Origin: a virus
Length of the DNA stretch: 64,000 nt
Strand: one strand, 5' to 3'
IMG/VR virus record: IMGVR_UViG_3300030099_005362
Below, in pieces: positions 58,160 through 64,000 of the stretch; the first letter of the stretch is position 1; every line of letters begins with the position of its first letter. The notes below the pieces were generated by a model. It had not been told where the DNA came from. It saw nothing but the letters and a program-made list of their open reading frames with translations, and searched no databases. The translations under genes were made by a program, and so were the position numbers.

Positions 58160-58187
58160 ATTATAAAGTACAATAGCTAATTGTCAA
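58160..58187 (-). promoter_or_regulatory. consensus sigma70 promoter
   Basis: TTGACA-16 nt-TATAAT. Confidence 0.7.
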
Positions 58188-58312
58188 GTCCTAATTTTGT
58201 TTTTTCTTCTTTTTATAACTTTCGACTCTTCTCTTTTAAGTAACGCAAAGGCTGTTAAAACTACAGAAATTTCTATAGCCCAAGCCAGTAGACCGGCCAT
58301 CAATGCTTTCAT
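58184..58312 (-). CDS. 42-aa TM peptide MKALMAGLLAWAIEISVVLTAFALLKREESKVIKRRKNKIRT (not in ORF track)
   Basis: manual translation; AAGGA RBS. Confidence 0.55.
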   Translation of the reverse strand: MKALMAGLLAWAIEISVVLTAFALLKREESKVIKRRKNKIRT

Positions 58313-58322
58313 AGTATATTCC

Positions 58323-58511
58323 TTACAACATGATCCATAGAGTCAATAACATCACCATAGCACATGCTACTATAACGCTAAATATTATAGCGTTTGATTT
58401 ACGTCTTTGCTTTTCTTTTTCTGAAATTCTTTGCTTTATTCTTTCGGCAGTTGCCCAGTATCCGTCTTTAATCGGATCAAACCCTAATTCTTCCCATTTA
58501 TGTTTCTTCAT
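58323..58511 (-). CDS. small protein with C-terminal TM
   Basis: hydrophobic C-terminus. Confidence 0.55.
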   Translation of the reverse strand: MKKHKWEELGFDPIKDGYWATAERIKQRISEKEKQRRKSNAIIFSVIVACAMVMLLTLWIML

Positions 58512-58689
58512 CGTCCTCTAGCTTCTCCCCGTGTTTGTCTACGGTTATCCATCCACATCCTTCACACAGGCAAAAGTACCTCTCCTTACCTCTAGCTATC
58601 CCAGCAAAATCATTTTTGTCGGCGTTCTCTTTTCCAAATAACTCAGCAGTGCAGGTGTAACAAAAATTAGCCACAATATTTTTCTCCAA
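58498..58689 (-). CDS. small zinc-finger protein
   Basis: CYTC...CEGCG. Confidence 0.55.
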   Translation of the reverse strand: MEKNIVANFCYTCTAELFGKENADKNDFAGIARGKERYFCLCEGCGWITVDKHGEKLEDDEET

Positions 58690-59392
58690 TTATTCTTTTT
58701 GTATCTGTCCAGTCTTGGACGTTATAGTATGTGTCACATTGTATCGCAAGAGTATGGTCGTTGCCGCCTAGTTCACATCTGTCACCAAAGAATATGGTTT
58801 CTCCGAACATATCAGAAAGCACCTGAGATTTATCTCTGCCGATTGGATATATGTCTATACTTATCTCTCCACCTATCGCAAAGGAAATATCTTCGTACTT
58901 GGAAGATAATTCGCTTACTATGTTTAGTCTTTCTCCTTTAAGTTTGTCCCATTCAAAGTATTCTTTTCTCTGAAGCTGGTTTGCAGACCTGCCTAGTGTA
59001 GAGAAGTTCACCATCATGGGTACACTATTCTTTTCACCTCTCCTATATTCAATATTATTTTCAGCCTTACCGTACCATTTACTTTTTGTAAGTATTTTTT
59101 TAAGGTCTTTGATTAAAGGGTCGGGTACTTGCCAATGCTTTTCCCATCTTAAACGATTTCTAATGTATAGTTGATTCCCAGAATTTTGATAGCACCCGTC
59201 TACATGTCTATAAAGGGATAGTCCAATTTGCTCTAGGGTCTTTCGTCTGTCTGAGCCGGTGACTAAAAAAATCTTGTTCCCTCTCTCCCTTTGAAATGTA
59301 ATCCAGTTACCGAACGCTTGACGAAAATTACTGTCCATAGTTTTTCTTGCGGGGGTCAGTGTTCCGTCTACGTCAAATAAAAAATTAATCAT
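58667..59392 (-). CDS. HAD-IIB eukaryote-type phosphomannomutase
   Basis: FDVDGTLT, VTGSD, NFSTLGR, GGEISIDIYPIGRDK, FFGD...GGND. Confidence 0.85.
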   Translation of the reverse strand: MINFLFDVDGTLTPARKTMDSNFRQAFGNWITFQRERGNKIFLVTGSDRRKTLEQIGLSLYRHVDGCYQNSGNQLYIRNRLRWEKHWQVPDPLIKDLKKILTKSKWYGKAENNIEYRRGEKNSVPMMVNFSTLGRSANQLQRKEYFEWDKLKGERLNIVSELSSKYEDISFAIGGEISIDIYPIGRDKSQVLSDMFGETIFFGDRCELGGNDHTLAIQCDTYYNVQDWTDTKRIIGEKYCG

Positions 59393-59588
59393 ACAATATA
59401 TCTCGGAATAAATCTACGAAGAACTTGAGTAAAACATTGTGAAAGAAGAAAATAAAAAGGAATAGCACTATCCAAAAAAAAGAAACCCAATCTGTCTCAT
59501 CATCTGGTCTTTGATGAATACCCTCGTTCCAACTATCTGATCTCCTTGCGGGGTTAGTCTTCGGTGGGCTGTAAGGATTCTTTTTCAT
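59385..59588 (-). CDS. small membrane protein
   Basis: NPYSPP N-terminus, one TM. Confidence 0.55.
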   Translation of the reverse strand: MKKNPYSPPKTNPARRSDSWNEGIHQRPDDETDWVSFFWIVLFLFIFFFHNVLLKFFVDLFRDILYD

Positions 59589-59856
59589 TGCTCAGATTTC
59601 TGAAGTTTTCTGCAAATTGTTGAAACCCCGCCAACACTTCTTCCCTTGCTACCTTTCTAGATATTGATTCCATTTCACGGGGAGCCATCTCGACAAAACC
59701 TTCCATCATCATCTCAACCTCTGCTAAATTTTGAAAACCGTCCATAAGCATACTTCTATTTTCAGCAACCATTTTGTGGGTCACATGGGATTTATACCCC
59801 AAGTATCCCAAGCTACCAAAAGTGATGACGGCAAAAAGTGTCATTAACTTATTCAT
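59554..59856 (-). CDS. N-terminally anchored hypothetical protein
   Basis: signal/TM segment. Confidence 0.55.
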   Translation of the reverse strand: MNKLMTLFAVITFGSLGYLGYKSHVTHKMVAENRSMLMDGFQNLAEVEMMMEGFVEMAPREMESISRKVAREEVLAGFQQFAENFRNLSNEKESLQPTED

Positions 59857-60097
59857 TTCTACTTTCCTTGTAAACGTATTTATTTTTTTCGTAATATTCT
59901 TTATTTTCTAATACAGAACTGGCTTCATGTTCATGCTTGAAGTAATGTTTGAATTGTTTGTACAGGGCTTTTACTTGTTCAAAGGCCTCGTTCTCGTCTA
60001 TCTTTCCTCCCTGCTCTAGGTCGCATATGATAGACATTTGTATGTTAAATGCCCTGAAGGGATCGTCGTACTTTTCAAATTTGAATTTACTACTCAT
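59849..60097 (-). CDS. hypothetical protein
   Basis: IICDLEQGGKIDENEAFEQVKALYKQ helical domain. Confidence 0.6.
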   Translation of the reverse strand: MSSKFKFEKYDDPFRAFNIQMSIICDLEQGGKIDENEAFEQVKALYKQFKHYFKHEHEASSVLENKEYYEKNKYVYKESRNE

Positions 60098-60251
60098 TGT
60101 ATAACTCCGGAAAATTATCTCTACAGTATTTGGTAAATATCTCTAAGGCCTCTGTGTATGTTGAACAAAAATCAATGACCTGTTCCACTTCGTCGTAGAC
60201 AAACCATCCGTCTTCCGAAGGACACCACACTATGTTTTTATTTACGGACAT
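60090..60251 (-). CDS. 53-aa hypothetical protein MSVNKNIVWCPSEDGWFVYDE... (not in ORF track)
   Basis: manual translation; fills the gap and overlaps both neighbours. Confidence 0.55.
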   Translation of the reverse strand: MSVNKNIVWCPSEDGWFVYDEVEQVIDFCSTYTEALEIFTKYCRDNFPELYNE

Positions 60252-61084
60252 GTGCCGTCTCTCTTTTTTCTGTTTTCAGATATGGATAGAGGTCTTGTAT
60301 TTTTATAGTTCATTACCTTGTAAACATTTTCTTTGTTGGTTAGGTCTACCGAGTTAAACGGAATTATATGATCTAGCTCCCACACCTCTCCCCGATTGTC
60401 CCAAGTCCAACCTTCTTCAAACTGAGACTCTATCCACTCCAAAAAGAAGTCCCTTGAGCAGCCGAGAGAATCTCTTATAAATGAGAACTGAGGACTTGCT
60501 CTTCTTCCGCTTTTTACATTGTAGTAGTCATTGTCTCTTATTTTAATATTGCTTTTATCAAGAACGTATTGTCTGACATCGTTTAGTTCTGCGTCTTGTC
60601 CCAAGTGATCCAGTGCCTCTCTAACCATATTAGACTTATTTAGGCTTCTCTTTGGTTCTCTTCTTATGAATTGATTTAATCCAGAACCCAATCTTGATCT
60701 TATTCTTGCCTGTTGATTATTTTGCTTTTCTTCTTTTCGACCAAGATTGTAACAATTTTTACACTTTGATCCACCGCTGTCTCCTTTTTGCCTAGCAAAA
60801 CTTCTATGATGTATAGAAGCACAACGTATACATAGGAACTCCTGTTCATGCACTCCCTCTATGATCGTACCTGACTGGAGCTGTGTGTTCCGAAATGTGG
60901 AGTCCTCTATTTTAGATTGATGTATCTTAAAGGATATAGTCCTACCACAGTCCGTGTCAAACTCAGCTATTAGCCCAGTTCTGTTTGCGGCATATAGGGC
61001 GACTAATCTTATTTTCTTTTTCCACCAGCCAGTGTCCCACGTTATGGTATTCTGCTCTAAAAGTTTTTCACGCTTAGTTTTCAT
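60242..61084 (-). CDS. HNH-type endonuclease with zinc finger
   Basis: CIRC..CKNC; WELDHIIP...NTRPL...ENRKK. Confidence 0.75.
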   Translation of the reverse strand: MKTKREKLLEQNTITWDTGWWKKKIRLVALYAANRTGLIAEFDTDCGRTISFKIHQSKIEDSTFRNTQLQSGTIIEGVHEQEFLCIRCASIHHRSFARQKGDSGGSKCKNCYNLGRKEEKQNNQQARIRSRLGSGLNQFIRREPKRSLNKSNMVREALDHLGQDAELNDVRQYVLDKSNIKIRDNDYYNVKSGRRASPQFSFIRDSLGCSRDFFLEWIESQFEEGWTWDNRGEVWELDHIIPFNSVDLTNKENVYKVMNYKNTRPLSISENRKKRDGTCP

Positions 61085-62288
61085 TTCTCCAGCCGTTCAT
61101 TAGTGTATTCAATGAGTTGCCACCCAGAAATCCCTTTATCTCATCATCAGAATATCTTTCCAAAGAATGTAAATATCTGGTTAATCTGGGAAGTTCTGAT
61201 ATGTCAACCATCTCATCAGGAGGATCGGTAAACCCGTCATAGTCCGTTCCCAATCCGACTACATTAGCTCCGGCAACATCTCTCATGTGACTAATTGTTT
61301 GTTCAATATACTTTAGCCCCAACGGTGTGTCAACTGGGCTTATCCAATAATTCATAAAGATAACACCTACAACGCCGCCATGATCTGCAATCCACTTTAG
61401 TTCCCAATCTTCTAGGTTGTATGGATCACGGTTAATTTCAAAGCATCCAGTGTGGCTAGATATAACGAGGCTCTGCTTGTCGCCAACTATTTCGTATACT
61501 TCTTTTCTAGCTTTGGGTGTACAGTGAGCAATATCAATTAACATTCCAAGCTCGGTCATTCTCTGTACGACCTTAGCACCTAAAGCGGTAAGCCCCTTAT
61601 TCATGTCCCATCCGGCCATGAGGTTTTTCCAGTTACTTCTTTTGATCCCGTAGGTGGGGTAAGGAAACACCGGAGGAGCTACTTTGTTAGGATAGAAGTG
61701 TGCCAGCGTCAGATATGCTACACCTCTTTGGGATAAGTATTCAAGGTTACTCAAAACCTCTGACTCTATGTCTTGGCTAATTTCTGATGTCTCGCTCTCT
61801 ATTCCTTCTAGGCTATGACCGCCCTCAACCGAATGTATAAAGGCTATATTCTTTTCAGCCAAAATATCTATCAAAGAGTTCTTGTCTTTGGCAAACTTTA
61901 TTTTTCTTTCTGGTTCTTTGTTGTTATACGACTCAGCCTCTTTCTCCATTGCATCCATCATAGACACGGTAGCGTCAAAATAGAAAGGATCGAAGACACG
62001 CTTCTTCGTTTCTGGTGATAAAGTCAAAGCCAGTTTTACAAGACCCTGATCTTCTATCCATTCTCGCTCAGGTATATAACACGTTGAGAAAACAACATCA
62101 ACGCCACCCTTGTCTAATAAGGGAAATGTGCTTCTCTGACTCAAAGGCCAGAAGGCTCTCTTAAATAAAGATGCTAAAAATTTAGTCTTGCTTGTTGTTA
62201 AGTCTCTGTCGAGGAGAAACTTTTTTAAGACTGCGTGATTGTGAAGGTCTACAACAGTAGCGTCTTCGTGTAATTGCTGCCAAGTCAT
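61074..62288 (-). CDS. membrane dipeptidase family (peptidase M19) metallohydrolase
   Basis: DLHNH, VEGGH, LTLAH, IDIAH, SSH, GTDYDG, LGGN. Confidence 0.85.
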   Translation of the reverse strand: MTWQQLHEDATVVDLHNHAVLKKFLLDRDLTTSKTKFLASLFKRAFWPLSQRSTFPLLDKGGVDVVFSTCYIPEREWIEDQGLVKLALTLSPETKKRVFDPFYFDATVSMMDAMEKEAESYNNKEPERKIKFAKDKNSLIDILAEKNIAFIHSVEGGHSLEGIESETSEISQDIESEVLSNLEYLSQRGVAYLTLAHFYPNKVAPPVFPYPTYGIKRSNWKNLMAGWDMNKGLTALGAKVVQRMTELGMLIDIAHCTPKARKEVYEIVGDKQSLVISSHTGCFEINRDPYNLEDWELKWIADHGGVVGVIFMNYWISPVDTPLGLKYIEQTISHMRDVAGANVVGLGTDYDGFTDPPDEMVDISELPRLTRYLHSLERYSDDEIKGFLGGNSLNTLMNGWRNEN

Positions 62289-62300
62289 TGGTAAAACTCC

Positions 62301-62804
62301 TTAAACTAGGTAGGACTTTACGCCCACACCCTTAGCTAATTCTATGTTCTCTCTATTATCGTCATAAAAATAGATTTTATCATACAATTTCATAATTGTT
62401 AGTAGTGATTTTTTCTTAGCGTTTGCTATTCCGCAGTGATCGTCGCTATCTCCCACGCATATAATTTGCTTGGCCTCTATGCCAGCTAATTTCAAAAACT
62501 TAGCTATAGCGTCTGCGACATCATTACTTCTAGCGGTTAAAATATATACATCATGCTGTTCGCCATATACTTCTTTAGCTAAATTGATTAGCTCGGTTGG
62601 CTTGCCGTCAATAACTAAATCGGGACACCTGAACTGAGAGAAGTCAAACCTCTCGCCATTCTTTAGTGTATAACCATTGAACTCAGCGGGAGTAAGTTCT
62701 CTGATATATCCCCTGCAAGTTTTTGTGTCGGGCATCACAACCAGTACGCAAGCTTCTGTTGTTGCGAGAGTGTCGTCAAAATCAAATACAAATGCTTTTC
62801 TCAT
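62301..62804 (-). CDS. HAD-superfamily phosphatase-like protein
   Basis: FDFDDTL, ILTAR, K, FYDDN. Confidence 0.75.
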   Translation of the reverse strand: MRKAFVFDFDDTLATTEACVLVVMPDTKTCRGYIRELTPAEFNGYTLKNGERFDFSQFRCPDLVIDGKPTELINLAKEVYGEQHDVYILTARSNDVADAIAKFLKLAGIEAKQIICVGDSDDHCGIANAKKKSLLTIMKLYDKIYFYDDNRENIELAKGVGVKSYLV

Positions 62805-63301
62805 TTTTGATCTCCTATATATTCATGTGAATAGCATACTCTCATAGATAGAGATTCTTTCACCATGTTATTATAGTTTTTCTTTCTGCCGATGTTATCG
62901 GGTCTTGCCTTCTTGTTCTTGCTGGTTGGTCGCCATACTTTTCGCTGACTTCGAGCTTCTCCTAATTTTATATTGGCGGTCTTTGAGAAAAATCTTTTTT
63001 CTTCTCCTGTTAAAATTTTACCAACACATTCTGACATGTTGTTGCCAATGCCCATGCCCTGATAGTCCGACAGGACAACGAGCCTATGTTCTCTCCAAGC
63101 GTTTTTAAGAGAGCCGCTCGGCATGGCTAGTACAGAGTTAAAGGCTACAGGATTGCCCCAGAGATAAGCAACCCAACAGCGTGCAGCCTTGTTGAGAGAG
63201 TCACCAAGATAATGATGCTTCTTAAAAAGATTCCAGTATCTTTCCTTGAACTCTTTTGGAATCTCATAGACTTCTAACTGTATGGTTGGTCTTTTGAACA
63301 T
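62801..63301 (-). CDS. GNAT-family acetyltransferase
   Basis: HHYL; RLVVLSDYQGMGIG acetyl-CoA motif. Confidence 0.75.
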   Translation of the reverse strand: MFKRPTIQLEVYEIPKEFKERYWNLFKKHHYLGDSLNKAARCWVAYLWGNPVAFNSVLAMPSGSLKNAWREHRLVVLSDYQGMGIGNNMSECVGKILTGEEKRFFSKTANIKLGEARSQRKVWRPTSKNKKARPDNIGRKKNYNNMVKESLSMRVCYSHEYIGDQK

Positions 63302-63921
63302 TAGTATATCTCTATCTTTGCTACCTTCTTTAATTGCTGGCGTGGATCGTCATTAACAAAACGTTCGCCGCTGTCACAGTCAAAAACCCAATCAGGTTCT
63401 ATCCATTCAATTATATCTTTATGACAAGAACATAAAACTACATTCCTGATGTCCTTGCGTCTGATATATTTGCTCAGGGCTACTGACAAACTCTTTGCTG
63501 TTTCCCTGTTGACCTCTGAGGTAAACTCATCCAATATCATACCGTTCCGTAACTTTCTAGCTACAACAGCACGGTACTTTTCGCCATTGCTAAGGACATG
63601 AAAAGGTTTGCATAACGTCGGGACAGAGGCGAGTCCACAAGCAAACAGTTTCTCAATAGCTTCGTCTGGTGTTTCAAAGTGTGAAACGATAGCCTTATCG
63701 TTAAGCCAGAGCGTGCTATTGTCATTGGCTCTGAAGTGATGGTTTAGAATCTGGCTTTTACCGCTTCCACTTGAACCTACAATCATGCCGATGTTGAAGT
63801 CAGCCATAGGCAATTCAAAATCTGGAATGTCGGTTGTGATAGTCCCGTCGAAGTCTAGGTCGAAAGCCTGTGCAACCTTAGAAGTAAAATCGTCTGGCTC
63901 TACGTTGATGCTAATTTTCAT
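63301..63921 (-). CDS. stand-alone ABC-type ATPase
   Basis: GSSGSGKS, LSNGEKYRA, ILDEFTS, CSCH. Confidence 0.85.
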   Translation of the reverse strand: MKISINVEPDDFTSKVAQAFDLDFDGTITTDIPDFELPMADFNIGMIVGSSGSGKSQILNHHFRANDNSTLWLNDKAIVSHFETPDEAIEKLFACGLASVPTLCKPFHVLSNGEKYRAVVARKLRNGMILDEFTSEVNRETAKSLSVALSKYIRRKDIRNVVLCSCHKDIIEWIEPDWVFDCDSGERFVNDDPRQQLKKVAKIEIY

Positions 63922-64000
63922 TGTAGGTAATTTCCCCCCTGTAGTTTATCTAATATGTTTTCCAGTGTCTCTGCTTGAAAGAGATTGGCTGACGCAAACG
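63918..64000 (-). CDS. 3' end of a CDS entering from beyond the window
   Basis: open frame ...ENILDKLQGGNYLQ* whose stop overlaps the next ATG. Confidence 0.45.
   Translation of the reverse strand, partial: FASANLFQAETLENILDKLQGGNYLQ

Noticed and set aside
60242-61084. HNH gene as part of an intron or mobile element
   Set aside because: Flanking genes are intact, with no intron structure or terminal repeats seen; treated as a free-standing endonuclease
461-63108. Remaining + strand and nested alternative-frame ORFs
   Set aside because: They overlap well-supported minus-strand genes and carry no recognisable motifs

Overview
A 64-kb segment of a large, AT-rich (about 40% GC by eye) tailed bacteriophage genome. 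Essentially all real genes are on the minus strand and tightly packed. Three Tat-signal DUF1501 proteins and a tmRNA whose tag, (A)VEENFALAA, resembles Pirellula/Rhodopirellula tags point to a Planctomycetota host. Contents: (i) a glycosyltransferase/methyltransferase cluster, plus scattered sulfotransferases and nucleotide-sugar enzymes; (ii) a replication/recombination module with an intein-free split DnaE flanking a DnaQ-like exonuclease, primase, DnaB, RecA, dNMP kinase, two SSBs and several nucleases; (iii) nucleotide metabolism genes (NrdAB, ThyX, dCMP deaminase, GuaC, MazG-like) and PhoH; (iv) a phage sigma factor, four consensus sigma70 promoters and a recurring TG(C/T)GTATA intergenic motif; (v) a papain-like protease followed by membrane proteins; (vi) a PAP2 + 3x DUF1501 unit; (vii) an Hsp20 gene with a ROSE-like hairpin, preceded by an unannotated ~190-nt structured RNA with tRNA-like ends and a pseudoknot; (viii) a tmRNA, a poly-Ser protein and an ABC-ATPase/GNAT pair. 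No CRISPR array, rRNA or canonical tRNA was seen. All calls come from motif reading, not database searches.
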